Made by a program: the position numbers and the translations under genes
Shown: one piece after another, positions 15,774 through 24,964 of the stretch
Numbering within the stretch: position 1 is the stretch's first letter
Layout: every line of letters begins with the position of its first letter
NCBI GenBank assembly: GCA_041690395.1
Contig: JAWLHJ010000001.1
Coordinates: 64,001-128,000, forward strand
Origin: Longimicrobiales bacterium
GTDB taxonomy: Bacteria > Gemmatimonadota > Gemmatimonadetes > Longimicrobiales > Gaopeijiaceae
Length of the DNA: 64,000 nt
Direction: 5' to 3'
The notes under the pieces: model-generated
What the model was told of the DNA's origin: nothing
Database searches by the model: none
The model's input: only the letters and a program-made list of their open reading frames with translations

Positions 15774-18272
15774 ATGGAGAGCATCGGATTGAGATTCTCC
15801 CTGAGCCTCGCGGTCCGCCGGCTGCGGCGCACTCCCGTGTTCACCGTGACGGCCATCGGTTCCTTGTGCCTCGGGACCGGTCTCGCGAGCTCGTTGGCCG
15901 CGGTTGTCGAGGGTGCTCTGCGGTCGACGCTTCCGTACGCGAGCCCTGACCGCCTCGTCGAGATCCTGCCGACGGCTCGGCCTGGCAGCAGCACGCCGTC
16001 GGACTTCGGAATCCCCGCGCACCTGGCCTCGCAGTGGATCGAGGCTGAAATGCGAACCGTGGCGGGACTCGTAGGGGAAGGCATGGCTCAGCCGAGGACG
16101 GTGCTGTCGGCCGATGGCTCTCACAGGGTCGACCAAAGGGTCGTGCTGGGCGACTGGTTTGGCACCCTGGGGGTTGCGGCTCGCTTGGGCCGCGTTCTGG
16201 ACCGAGCGGATCTCCGCCCAGATGCCCCACCGACACTGGTCGCGAGCGACCGCTTCTGGCGGGAGCACCTGTCCGGCGCACCCAATGCCCTCGGGGAATC
16301 CATCACGATCGCCGACGTGACATATGTCCTGGTCGGCATTCTGCCGAGATCCTACACATCCGATGCCGCCGTCTGGGTGAACCACTCCGGCTCCGACGCG
16401 CCTCCTGGCGCCTACCGGATGGTCGCGCGCTTGGGAGACGGCTTCACCGCGCGGGATGTCGGGACCGAGCTGACACGCGCCGTCTCGCTGGATGGTCGGG
16501 TGGAAGGCGGGGTCGTGGCGGTGCCCTCGATAGAAGTGAGTGCCGCGGTCGATCGATCGCGGCTCTGGATACTGGTGGGCTCTGTCTGCGCGATTCTTCT
16601 GGTGGGTGTCCTGAACCTCACCACCCTCTTTCTCGTGCGAGCCCAGGCCAAACGAGCGGACATGGCCGTCCGTCGCTCGCTGGGCGCATCGACACGGGAC
16701 CTCGTCAGAGAAACCCTCGAGGATAGCGCCCTCCTGGGCATGGTCGGGGGTGGAGGTGGGCTCCTTCTCGCCCTTTGGGGACGTGACCTCGTCTACGAGT
16801 TCGCCAGGGCCTCCACACCCCGCTCCGCCACTCCCGGACTTGGTGTAGCCTCACTTCTGGTCGCGGTGACCGTGCCTCTGTTGATCTCGGGCGCGGTCGC
16901 GTTTCAGGAATCTCGCACCTTTGCTCGCGATCCTTTGAGATCAGTCCTCCAGACGCGTTCCGGCGGCTCGTCCGGCACGGCTCGAGACCGTCGAGTCCGC
17001 CATTCATTCGTGGCGCTACAGGTTGCTGGGTCGGTCGTGCTGGTGGTTACGGGCGTCATGCTTGGATTCGCGTTTCAGGAGTATCGCGGCCTAGATGTGG
17101 GGTACGATCTCGACCGGGCCGTACTCTTGGTACCGGACTACGAGGACGGAGGCGTGGATCGGGGCGGGCAGTGGGCCGCGGCCGGACGCCTTTTCCAGCA
17201 TTTGTCCCAACGGGAGGAGATCGCCGGTATCGGGCTGATCCGTATCACCTACCAGCCGTTCCCACCCGCGCCGGAAGGCCGCCTCAGAATCGATCTCGGT
17301 TCCGCGGGCGTCGAGACACTCCAAAGCCGAGGTGCGTTCTACGAGGTGGACCCGACGTTCTTCGATGTAACGGGCGTCCGGCTCACCCGTGGTAGAGGCT
17401 TCACCCAGAACGACACCGAGATCGCGCCAGCAGTGGCAATCGTCAATGACGCGGCAGCAATGAGGTGGTGGCGAGGTGAGAGTCCCATTGGCCGGCAAGT
17501 CCAGCTGGGGGCCGGAGGCGAGTGGTTGACCGTGGTCGGGACGGTCGATGCGACCCACCGACCGAGCTCCATCGGGCGCCTTGTCCGGGCTCAAGGGGTT
17601 GTGGAGGAACCGCTCCTCTTCCGACCACTCGCGCAGTCGGCGACGCTCCCTCCCGGGTGGACTGGAGAGGTCGGCTGTTCCGATATCACGGGGGGTTGTG
17701 GAGCCATCCACCTGTTCGTCCAGGCTACGGACGAGCCGTCCCATGCGATGCGGGCCATCCAAGAGGAGATGGGATCGGCGAAGCCCATGCTCGAGATTGC
17801 GGAACTTCAGACTATCCCGGAAGCCCACCTCGGATTCATCGGCCAGGAGATCCAACTGCTCAATCGGATGGTGACCTGGGCGGGAGCCATAGGTGTGGTC
17901 CTGGGCCTTCTCGGCATCGTGGGCGTCGTGTCGGACGGCGTGACGCGGAGGACCAGAGAGATCGGCGTCAGGATGGCCCTCGGAGCCCGAGCGCCGCAGA
18001 TCATCTCGGCGATGGGTCGGGAGGCGGTCCTGACCACCATGGCCGGAGTGGGCATCGGATTAGTGTCCCTGTTCGCGCTCTCCGAGAACCTGGTGCGGGT
18101 GCCTTTCTTCGAACTGGTGATCAGTCGTTGGCAGCTGGCCTCGGGCCTGCTGAGCCCGGTGCCCCTGCTGACGGGAATCGGCTCCTTGCTCCTTATCGCC
18201 TTCGTGGCGACCGCTCTGACTGCGCTGAGGGCCCTTCAGGTCGACCCGGCGGTCACGCTGCGGGCAGAGTAG
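15774..18272 (+). CDS. Duplicated MacB/FtsX-type ABC permease (ADOP-like), no ATPase gene adjacent
   Basis: RRLRRTPVFT, AVRRSLGAS, FVALQVAGSVVL, RRTREIGVRMALGA, VDPAVTLRAE. Confidence 0.9.
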   Translation: MESIGLRFSLSLAVRRLRRTPVFTVTAIGSLCLGTGLASSLAAVVEGALRSTLPYASPDRLVEILPTARPGSSTPSDFGIPAHLASQWIEAEMRTVAGLVGEGMAQPRTVLSADGSHRVDQRVVLGDWFGTLGVAARLGRVLDRADLRPDAPPTLVASDRFWREHLSGAPNALGESITIADVTYVLVGILPRSYTSDAAVWVNHSGSDAPPGAYRMVARLGDGFTARDVGTELTRAVSLDGRVEGGVVAVPSIEVSAAVDRSRLWILVGSVCAILLVGVLNLTTLFLVRAQAKRADMAVRRSLGASTRDLVRETLEDSALLGMVGGGGGLLLALWGRDLVYEFARASTPRSATPGLGVASLLVAVTVPLLISGAVAFQESRTFARDPLRSVLQTRSGGSSGTARDRRVRHSFVALQVAGSVVLVVTGVMLGFAFQEYRGLDVGYDLDRAVLLVPDYEDGGVDRGGQWAAAGRLFQHLSQREEIAGIGLIRITYQPFPPAPEGRLRIDLGSAGVETLQSRGAFYEVDPTFFDVTGVRLTRGRGFTQNDTEIAPAVAIVNDAAAMRWWRGESPIGRQVQLGAGGEWLTVVGTVDATHRPSSIGRLVRAQGVVEEPLLFRPLAQSATLPPGWTGEVGCSDITGGCGAIHLFVQATDEPSHAMRAIQEEMGSAKPMLEIAELQTIPEAHLGFIGQEIQLLNRMVTWAGAIGVVLGLLGIVGVVSDGVTRRTREIGVRMALGARAPQIISAMGREAVLTTMAGVGIGLVSLFALSENLVRVPFFELVISRWQLASGLLSPVPLLTGIGSLLLIAFVATALTALRALQVDPAVTLRAE

Positions 18273-18357
18273 GCGGCGAGGACGTAGCGATTGATGCCAC
18301 GGGACGTTACGCCGTGTTCTCGTTGACCCCCCGGGACTCCGCATAGAGACTTCTGGT

Positions 18358-18648
18358 ATGGTTGACTTCGATCCTGATCGTCTGGCTCAGATCTGCCGGG
18401 ACCACGGCGTGTCTCGTCTGCGACTCTTCGGCTCCGCATCACGCGGTGAGGAGCGGGCGGATTCCGACGTGGACCTCATCGCATCGTTTTCCGTTCCGAC
18501 CGGATACTTCGGTGTGATCCGGCTCGAGGATGAGCTGAGCGCTTTCTTCGGACGACCTGTCGACCTGCTTACCGAGGGTGGCCTGAGTCCCTACATGCGT
18601 GACGACGTGCTGGCTTCCGCCCGCGACCTCTTTCATGACGCAGCCTGA
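18358..18648 (+). CDS. mntA: MNT (minimal nucleotidyltransferase) antitoxin
   Basis: LFGSASRGEERADSDVD = GS-X10-DxD; GRPVDL. Confidence 0.9.
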   Translation: MVDFDPDRLAQICRDHGVSRLRLFGSASRGEERADSDVDLIASFSVPTGYFGVIRLEDELSAFFGRPVDLLTEGGLSPYMRDDVLASARDLFHDAA

Positions 18649-18928
18649 CGCCGTCTATCTACGGCACATGCTCGATGCGATCGAACGCGTCATGGAAGCG
18701 ACCGAGCGTGTCACACGAGAGGACTTCAATGGCGAATGGATGATCCAGGACGCGATCGTTCACGAACTTCAGATCCTCGGGGAGGCCGCCGGCCGCGTCC
18801 CACTACGCCACAAGATCGTGCATGACTACTTCTCGGTGGATCTTGACGTGGTCTGGGACACCGCCGTTCTCGACGTGCCAGCCATTCGACCCGTCGTCGA
18901 GGCCCTTATGAGCAAGGTCGACGGATAG
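18635..18928 (+). CDS. hepT: HEPN/DUF86 RNase toxin, apparently internally shortened
   Basis: YLRHMLDAI, LQILGEAA, RHKIVHDY (Rx4HxY); overlaps mntA. Confidence 0.8.
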   Translation: MTQPDAVYLRHMLDAIERVMEATERVTREDFNGEWMIQDAIVHELQILGEAAGRVPLRHKIVHDYFSVDLDVVWDTAVLDVPAIRPVVEALMSKVDG

Positions 18929-18947
18929 CGCTTCGGACCCTCTCGCC

Positions 18948-19119
18948 CCCTCGGTGCTCGAGCCAGGTCACACCTTCGAGTCCCCCCGGAACCACACGGC
19001 CGCCGCACCCGGAATCCACCCGTTGCCCTTCAAGCACTTAGGCTCGGGCGCGTTTCCACACCCTCCACAGGTTTCCACACCTACGCAAAACGCCCCAGCC
19101 GCGTACGCGACTGGGGCGT
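18948..19119. repeat. ~172-bp islet right arm, copy 1 (direct repeat of 31832-32004)
   Basis: Long identical blocks, e.g. CCCTCGGTGCTCGAGCCAGGTCACACCTTCGAGTCCCCC and ACCCGTTGCCCTTCAAGCACTTAGGCTCGGGCGCGTTTCCACACC. Confidence 0.95.
19087..19119 (-). terminator. Intrinsic terminator within right-arm copy 1
   Basis: CGCCCCAGTCGC/GCGGCTGGGGCG stem followed by TTTT on the minus strand. Confidence 0.75.
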
Positions 19120-19139
19120 AATAACTTACTGAATCTCGT

Positions 19140-19153
19140 CATGGTCGCTGCAG
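19140..19153 (-). repeat. Duplicated tRNA-Val 3' end (att core)
   Basis: CATGGTCGCTGCAG, identical to 32025-32038. Confidence 0.85.
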
Positions 19154-19270
19154 AACCTCTGAGCGCTTCCGGGTGATTGGGGGCGATGGTGGGTTATGCC
19201 CGCCGTTGGGCCACGTTCCCCGATGGTTGGATCGAAAGGACGCCCCTAACCAGGCGTTTTCGGTGAGGGG

Positions 19271-19300
19271 TTCCACACCTTGCCGGACGAGGGTGTGGAT
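19271..19300. repeat. 30-bp palindromic element, copy 3 (left arm of island A)
   Basis: TTCCACACCTTGCCGGACGAGGGTGTGGAT, ~118 bp inside the att core. Confidence 0.85.
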
Positions 19301-19504
19301 GCGGTCCCTGTCCTTCGCGGAGGCGGAGCAGCAGGCGCCCCGGATCGCTCAGGCGCGGAACGGCTGGCGGTTGTCACTTGGTCCACCGGTTCGCTGGAGG
19401 AGGCCTTGGCAGGCGACATGCGTCTGACCCTCGCGCTTGCGATGAGCGGAATCAGCCACGGATCCCTCTGTGAGGCTCGGGAACCCTTTCGCTCGCTATT
19501 CGAT

Positions 19505-19520
19505 TGTACCAAACGGTACA
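19505..19520. promoter_or_regulatory. Probable TetR operator
   Basis: Perfect TGTACC-AAAC-GGTACA upstream of the AhpD-like/TetR pair. Confidence 0.65.
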
Positions 19521-19555
19521 GTCAGTCACATTCGTGTTCATCAACAGGAGACACC

Positions 19556-20125
19556 ATGTCGGAATTCACGCTTCAGACCGCCGAGACAGCTGCCCCCCAG
19601 GGCAAGGAAGCCATCGAGATGGCCAACAAGGGGTTCGGCTTCGTGCCGAACCTCATCAAGGTGCTCGCCAATGCGCCTGCGGCCGCGAACGCCTACCTCG
19701 ACCTGGGCGCACGCCTGGAGTCGACATCGCTCACCCCGAAGGAGCAGCAGGTCGTATTGCTCGCCACGAGCTTCGAGAACCAGTGCGACTACTGCATGGG
19801 CGCCCATTCGACGGTGGCGGGTATGGTGGGGCTCGAGGCGGCCGATCTCGAGTCGCTCCGGGACGGTAGCGAGTTGCCGACGGCCCGCTTGAACGCACTT
19901 CGGGACTTCACCCGTGCTATCGTGGAGAAGCGCGGAAACGTCACCAAAGACGATCTCGCCCGGTTCCGTGAGGCGGGCTTCAACCAGGCTCAGGTGCTCG
20001 AGGTGATTCTGGGCGTGGCGATGAAGACGCTCTCGAATTACACGAACCACATTGCCGAGACGCCGCTCGACGAGGCCTTCGAGGCTCAGCGGTGGTCGCC
20101 GCCAGTGGCGTCCGCGCGCGGTTGA
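19556..20125 (+). CDS. Carboxymuconolactone decarboxylase/AhpD-like peroxidase-family protein
   Basis: GFVPNL, ENQCDYCMGAH (CxxC..H), TLSNYTNH; AGGAG RBS before ATG 19556. Confidence 0.9.
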   Translation: MSEFTLQTAETAAPQGKEAIEMANKGFGFVPNLIKVLANAPAAANAYLDLGARLESTSLTPKEQQVVLLATSFENQCDYCMGAHSTVAGMVGLEAADLESLRDGSELPTARLNALRDFTRAIVEKRGNVTKDDLARFREAGFNQAQVLEVILGVAMKTLSNYTNHIAETPLDEAFEAQRWSPPVASARG

Positions 20126-20186
20126 TCTGAAGGGGCGGGCCGGGTGGGTCGTTCCCCGCCCGGCCCGACGCCCCTAGAGTTCACAG

Positions 20187-20786
20187 ATGAACGCACTCAC
20201 CGCACGAGGGCAGGCCGCCCGGGCCCGGATCGTCGAGACCGCAGCGCGGTTGATGCACGTCAATGGTGTCGCCGGGACGAGCGTCGACGAGGTCCTCGCC
20301 GAAGCGAAAGCGGGGAAGAGCCAGTTCTATCACTACTTCGACACCAAGGCTGAGCTGGTCGAGGCCGTCCTCGAGTTCCAGGCCGGGGTCGGAGAGGCCG
20401 AGCAGGCCGCGATCTTCGCGCGGACTCCGGGGTGGGAAGGTATCCGGGCGTGGCTCGACGTGGTGGTCGAGGCGCAGAAAGGCGCCGGATACAGAGGCGG
20501 GTGCCCCGTAGGGTCGATGGCCGCAGAACTCGCCGAGCGCGATCCGCGCCTTCGGACCCGGCTCGGCGAGGCGTTCGAGCGCAAGCGCAGCGCGCTCGCG
20601 GGCCGATTATGGGAGTTACGCAGGAAGGACCTCCTGTCCGAAGACGCCGATCCGGATGCCCTCGCCGGGTTCGTGTTGGCGACTCTCCAGGGAGCTCTGC
20701 TTCTCGCGAGCACCCTCAAGCGACAGGAGGCCCTGACCGGGTCGGTGGACGAGGCATGGAGGCACCTGCTGTCGTTCAGGAAGTGA
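20187..20786 (+). CDS. TetR family regulator (NemR/LmrA-like)
   Basis: N-terminal HTH GKSQFYHYFDTK; GCPVG motif. Confidence 0.9.
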   Translation: MNALTARGQAARARIVETAARLMHVNGVAGTSVDEVLAEAKAGKSQFYHYFDTKAELVEAVLEFQAGVGEAEQAAIFARTPGWEGIRAWLDVVVEAQKGAGYRGGCPVGSMAAELAERDPRLRTRLGEAFERKRSALAGRLWELRRKDLLSEDADPDALAGFVLATLQGALLLASTLKRQEALTGSVDEAWRHLLSFRK

Positions 20787-21014
20787 CACCCCCCTAGTTT
20801 ATCTGCTCGTGATGGTCGGGTGGGACTCGGCAGCAATTCAGATGCAGATTCTCTCCGGGATCACGGCGGTTTGGGCGGGACGGCACGACACATATCAGAT
20901 AGACCTCCACCGGAGCTCAGTTGGTGAATTCGTGGCGGCAAGCCAGGCCAGGGGGATCCAAACCTTGAGGACGATTGCCGAGCCCACTGAAGGGCGACGC
21001 CTCGAGGAAGATGC

Positions 21015-21150
21015 TCAGTACGGCAGCGCAAACCGGGTCCACAGGGAGTGACCCCCGGCGATGTGGGGACGGATCACGTCGGGCACTTCGGCTTTTTTCG
21101 GGACGGCCGAGTGCCGGGTCTATGGGACGAAGTCGCTTCCTGCTGGAGCG
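21015..21150 (+). pseudogene. C-terminal remnant of a predicted alpha/beta hydrolase
   Basis: TPGDVGTDHVGHFGFFR..LWDEV resembles the catalytic-His end of COG4757-type hydrolases; no matching N-terminus upstream. Confidence 0.5.
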
Positions 21151-21185
21151 CTGAGGTGCGCACCCCCCTCCAGTCGGATTGGCGG

Positions 21186-22487
21186 CTGAAGGCCCCTGCG
21201 CTCGGGCGTCTCAAGGCGAGGGGCGCCGCCTTGGTCATCCTTCCTCTGCTCCTCTCCCAGGCCGGGTGCCACATGGGTCCATTTACCTCCCACGTCGAGG
21301 GCGTGGTTCTGGACCACTTAAGCGGGGAACCGATCGCCGGAGCGACTGTGGTTCTGGAGCGGAGCGGCTGGGGTCGCTCGGAATCGGAGGGGTATATCAT
21401 TTGGGACAAGCAATACCGGACGAGTGTCGTAACCGACAAACGCGGTTCGTTTTCGCTCCAAACTCCGGGACCTCCGCTGCTCGTGGGCCGCGGACCTAGC
21501 GTTCTGTTGATGGAGGCCGATGGCTTCCATGGACTCCGAACACGCGTGGAGGGGGGTGCCCACGTCTCCCTTCATACCATTCCCGATCACGAGGAGCGAA
21601 GTCCGGGTGGCACGGCACGGATGGGTCAATTGGCGGATGGCAGCATGTTCGGTTGGAGCTTCGTGGAGAACCGGGCCGTGACGGAGCCCGAACGAGCAGA
21701 TCTTTTTGCTCGGGGTTTCGCGGCGCCGGACCGCGGTGTCATCCTGACTGTCCCTCCGGGAGGAGGACTCCTCTTCATCCCAATCTCGGAACAGGAGATC
21801 GGCATTTGGGCCGAGGGCCATCTCCTCAGATTTATCGATGCGCCCCCGCAGGAGCCTGAGGCCGATCGATTAACGCTGGGCCCCGACCCCGGAACGATCT
21901 TCGTGCGCACGAGGGATCGTCGATATGCTAAGCTGGCCTGGGAGCCCTCTACCTCGGTCTCGTTTGGCGGCGAGGTGCCGGGCTTGGAAGCGATGGCGGT
22001 CGATCAGGTGTACTTGCCCTTCATATACCGTCCATTCCCCGGCCACTACCTGCCGTTCCAGCCCCCGCCGCCGCCGGTGGATCCGCTCTTTGCCGCAGCC
22101 GCGGCCGAGCTCGACGGCTCTTACGAAGAGGGCGCGGCTTCGCACCGGACCGGCCAAGGGCCCCGACGGTTGATCCTCGAGTTGAGGACATCCGACGGGA
22201 GCGTGCTGGACCACCAGGTGGTGACCCTGGAGCCGGACCGGCCCGAGCAGATCCAGGTCAGTCCGCAGGGGATCGACGCCACCTGGCGCTACCAGAACCT
22301 GCTTCTCCGGTTCGACGAGCACGGGCTTCCCCGCGTGAGCCTCCGCGTCGATGGGCCGACGTTCAACAGCAGCTTCATGCCGCAGTGGGTGACCAGGCGC
22401 CTCGAGACCGAGTTTCAGTTCGACGCCTACGTTGGGACAGGGTCGATGCCGATGGAGATGACGCTGGCGGTTTGGGAGGGAAGCTGA
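21186..22487 (+). CDS. Hypothetical lipoprotein with carboxypeptidase-regulatory-like N-terminal domain (start uncertain)
   Basis: LVILPLLLSQAGC leader; GVVLDHLSGEPIAGATVVL..TDKRGSF. Confidence 0.65.
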   Translation: MKAPALGRLKARGAALVILPLLLSQAGCHMGPFTSHVEGVVLDHLSGEPIAGATVVLERSGWGRSESEGYIIWDKQYRTSVVTDKRGSFSLQTPGPPLLVGRGPSVLLMEADGFHGLRTRVEGGAHVSLHTIPDHEERSPGGTARMGQLADGSMFGWSFVENRAVTEPERADLFARGFAAPDRGVILTVPPGGGLLFIPISEQEIGIWAEGHLLRFIDAPPQEPEADRLTLGPDPGTIFVRTRDRRYAKLAWEPSTSVSFGGEVPGLEAMAVDQVYLPFIYRPFPGHYLPFQPPPPPVDPLFAAAAAELDGSYEEGAASHRTGQGPRRLILELRTSDGSVLDHQVVTLEPDRPEQIQVSPQGIDATWRYQNLLLRFDEHGLPRVSLRVDGPTFNSSFMPQWVTRRLETEFQFDAYVGTGSMPMEMTLAVWEGS

Positions 22488-22944
22488 GGCGCATGCAAGC
22501 TCGGCGTCCTACTTCATCAGGCGCTCTCAAGGCCGGCAGTTGCAGCCGAGAAGACCCTCCCCACAACACTCGACCTCCACATCTATACGAACTCCTCCAC
22601 GCCTCGCGCTGCCTGTCGTGCTTTGGATCAACACCGCCGGATGCGCCAGCGTCGGCGCGCAGCAGTCACTCACGGCACGCCACGAGGCGCCCTGCGGCGC
22701 AGGTGTCACAGGGCGATTTCCGTGGTGAAAGGGGCAAAAGGAGGGCGGGCTTCCGGGGAGGGGCTGACCATGGGAGAGCTCTCTGGTTCAGGATAGATTC
22801 GGCCATCGTCATGGGAGTCTGCATCGCGAAGAGCCATCTCCCGCATGAAGCGGCAGCATGCCGTCTGTTCGCTCTGCGAAAGCACGACCTGTTACGTCAG
22901 AGCGTTGCCGAGGGCGCTCGACGCGCCCAGGGGACGAGTCAGCT

Positions 22945-23529
22945 ATGAGTTCAAGTCGAGATCGCCTTGTGGAGGCCGCCGCCGCCCTCTTCTTCCGGCG
23001 GGGCTACCGGGAAACCCGCGTCCAGGACATCCTGGATGAAGCCGGGGTGGTCAGGAGCAACTTCTACTACCACTTCTCCGGCAAGCGGGAGCTGGCCCTC
23101 GAGGTGGTGAGCCATTGGACCCGGCGCTATGACGAGGAGCTGATTCTCCCGGCCTTGGAGGAACGGTCCGGAGACGTCTGGCCGGCTCTCCTCCGCCTCT
23201 TCCGGCGAGCAGCTGCGTTCCAGGACCGAGACGCGGGTCTGCTGGGGTGTCCACTGGGTCAACTCGCCTCGGATCTGGCCCAGACCGACGAGGCGGTTCG
23301 CACCCTCTTGAACGACTATTTCGACGGGGTCGAGGCCGGCATCCGGAAGCGTCTGGAGTTGGAACCGGGGCCCGAGCGCGGCGCGGATTTTCCTGCTCAG
23401 GCCGCTGCCCTGGTCGTGGCTACCCTCGAGGGGGGGCTCCTGCTGAGCCGCCTCCGTGGCGATCCCGAGCACGTAGCCCGAGCGGGGACAGCCCTGGTGG
23501 CACTCCTGTCGGGGCAGCTGACCCAATAG
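22945..23529 (+). CDS. TetR family regulator
   Basis: SRDRLVEAA..RSNFYYHFSGK; GCPLG. Confidence 0.9.
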   Translation: MSSSRDRLVEAAAALFFRRGYRETRVQDILDEAGVVRSNFYYHFSGKRELALEVVSHWTRRYDEELILPALEERSGDVWPALLRLFRRAAAFQDRDAGLLGCPLGQLASDLAQTDEAVRTLLNDYFDGVEAGIRKRLELEPGPERGADFPAQAAALVVATLEGGLLLSRLRGDPEHVARAGTALVALLSGQLTQ

Positions 23530-23641
23530 AACAGCAGGGGTTTCGGCTCCTGCTTCCGGGTGCCGTCTACCGGTGCAACCGATGCTGAGCCTCCGCACCC
23601 CCTCGGGAACCGACATCGGCACCGATGCGTTCATTCTCATG

Positions 23642-23659
23642 TAGGACACGCGAGTCCTA
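23642..23659. promoter_or_regulatory. Probable TetR operator
   Basis: TAGGAC-ACGCGA-GTCCTA inverted repeat upstream of the cysteine hydrolase. Confidence 0.55.
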
Positions 23660-23691
23660 ATCTCGCCTCATCCTGAACCAGGACTGTAAAC

Positions 23692-24426
23692 ATGAGAATC
23701 GCACACTTTGTCGCGGCTGCCCTCTTCCTGAGCTCGGCTCCGCTGCATGCTCAGCTTCCGGAAACGTCGGTCAGCTTCGATCCCGCTACCACCGCAGTGG
23801 TCATCACCGACCCCCAGAACGACTTCCTCCATGAGGGCGGGGTGGCATGGGGCGCCGTGGGCGAGAACGTGATCGCCAACGATACCCGGAACAACCTGGA
23901 GGCCCTGATGCGGGCGGCCAGGCAGAGCGAGTACCAGCTCGTCATCTCTCCTCATTACTACTATCCCACCGATCACCACTGGCACTTCGGTGGGCCACTG
24001 GAAGTCCTCATGCACAACATTGGGATGTTCGACCGGGAAGGCGCTCTCGACACACAGGGCCTCGAGGGCTCTGGAGCGGACTGGCTCGAACGCTACAAGC
24101 CGTATATCGAGGACGGCCACGCCATCGTTACCAGCCCCCATAAGGTCTACGGGCCGGAGACCAACGACCTGGTCCTCCAGCTGCGGAAGCGGGGGATCAC
24201 GAAGGTGATCTTGGCGGGGATGTCGGCGAACCTTTGTATCGAGTCTCACCTCCGGGAACTCCTCGAGCAGGGCTTCGAGGTCGCCGTGGTTTCTGACGGC
24301 ACCGCCGCCGCGCAGTTTCCAGGACTGGATGGATACGCTGCGGCCCTGACGAACTTCCGGTTCATCGCCAACGAGGTGGTCAGCACCGAGGACGCCGTGC
24401 GGCGCATGGCCCAGGCCTCTCGCTAA
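23692..24426 (+). CDS. Isochorismatase-like cysteine hydrolase with signal peptide
   Basis: TAVVITDPQNDF, HK, GMSANLCIESH (D-K-C triad); leader ending PLHA-Q. Confidence 0.88.
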   Translation: MRIAHFVAAALFLSSAPLHAQLPETSVSFDPATTAVVITDPQNDFLHEGGVAWGAVGENVIANDTRNNLEALMRAARQSEYQLVISPHYYYPTDHHWHFGGPLEVLMHNIGMFDREGALDTQGLEGSGADWLERYKPYIEDGHAIVTSPHKVYGPETNDLVLQLRKRGITKVILAGMSANLCIESHLRELLEQGFEVAVVSDGTAAAQFPGLDGYAAALTNFRFIANEVVSTEDAVRRMAQASR

Positions 24427-24443
24427 CCGGCCGTCAAAGGCGC

Positions 24444-24479
24444 CCGGGTGGGGAGCACGATTCCATGCTCCCCACCCGG
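24444..24479. terminator. Strong hairpin between convergent regions
   Basis: Perfect 14-bp stem CCGGGTGGGGAGCA/TGCTCCCCACCCGG; no U-tract. Confidence 0.55.
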
Positions 24480-24481
24480 AA

Positions 24482-24700
24482 CTACCGGTTGTCCGCTACC
24501 GCCCCCCAGCCGGCGGATCGCCCAGATCCCCTCTGCGGGCCCGAGCGCCAGGAACGGGAAAGCCACCCCCACCCGACGAGCTCCACCAAGGCGGGTACCG
24601 CCTGGATGGTGACCATGGTGAGCAGGAAGCCCATCGACGTCTGAAGGGTGAGCGCCGTGCCCACGGCGTGGCTCGGCCCGACCTCCGTGACCATCGCGCT
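24482..24700 (-). pseudogene. C-terminal fragment of an MFS transporter
   Basis: VTEVGPSHAVGTALTLQTSMGFLLTMVTIQAVP..VGWGW, then a frameshift into FPFLALGP. Confidence 0.6.
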
Positions 24701-24876
24701 GCTCTACGAAGAGCCCGGCGCCCACGAGAAGCAGGACCGAGAGCGTCGTCTGGCTGACCGCGAGGGCACCCCGGAGTCTGGAGCGCGCCCCGGAGTTGCC
24801 CTGGCTTGCCGTGCGCATCGCCTCGACCGCGTCGGTGTGGCTGGCCTGGAGAGCGGGTAGGATTCCGGCGAGACCG
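24701..24876 (-). pseudogene. Internal fragment of an ADOP-type ABC permease
   Basis: GILPALQAS..RSRLRGALAVSQTTLSVLLLVGAGLFV. Confidence 0.65.
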
Positions 24877-24945
24877 AGCATCTTGAGGCGGATCTCGATC
24901 TGGAAGGTGAAGTCGAAGTCTTCGATGGTCCGGGAATGAGGAAAG
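24877..24945 (-). pseudogene. Short remnant resembling IS21 IstB helper ATPase
   Basis: Hand translation FPHSRTIEDFDFTFQIEIRLKMLG resembles the IstB FP..KTLEDFDF.FQ motif. Confidence 0.5.
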
Positions 24946-24964
24946 AACCCTTAGTCAAGCCAAA

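Larger units (their letters stand above)
15644..19153. mobile_element. Putative tRNA-Val islet B (permease + MNT-HEPN), no integrase
   Basis: Bounded by left palindrome copy 2 and by the 172-bp right arm plus tRNA-end core. The left core is not clearly preserved. Confidence 0.55.

Noticed and set aside
18948..19119. Right arm as a tRNA gene or small protein gene (ORFs 18826-19008, 31662-31922)
   Set aside because: Only a T-loop/acceptor-like 3' piece is present, with no cloverleaf. The reading frames are not conserved between copies. A structured ncRNA cannot be fully excluded.
13127..19300. 30-bp palindromic repeats as a CRISPR array
   Set aside because: Copies are kilobases apart with whole genes between them, and there are no cas genes.
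19280..19555. N-terminal extension of the AhpD-like ORF
   Set aside because: It crosses the left-arm palindrome and the operator; the RBS supports ATG 19556.
22488..22944. Several overlapping ORFs between the lipoprotein and TetR genes
   Set aside because: No recognisable motif or RBS; left uncalled.
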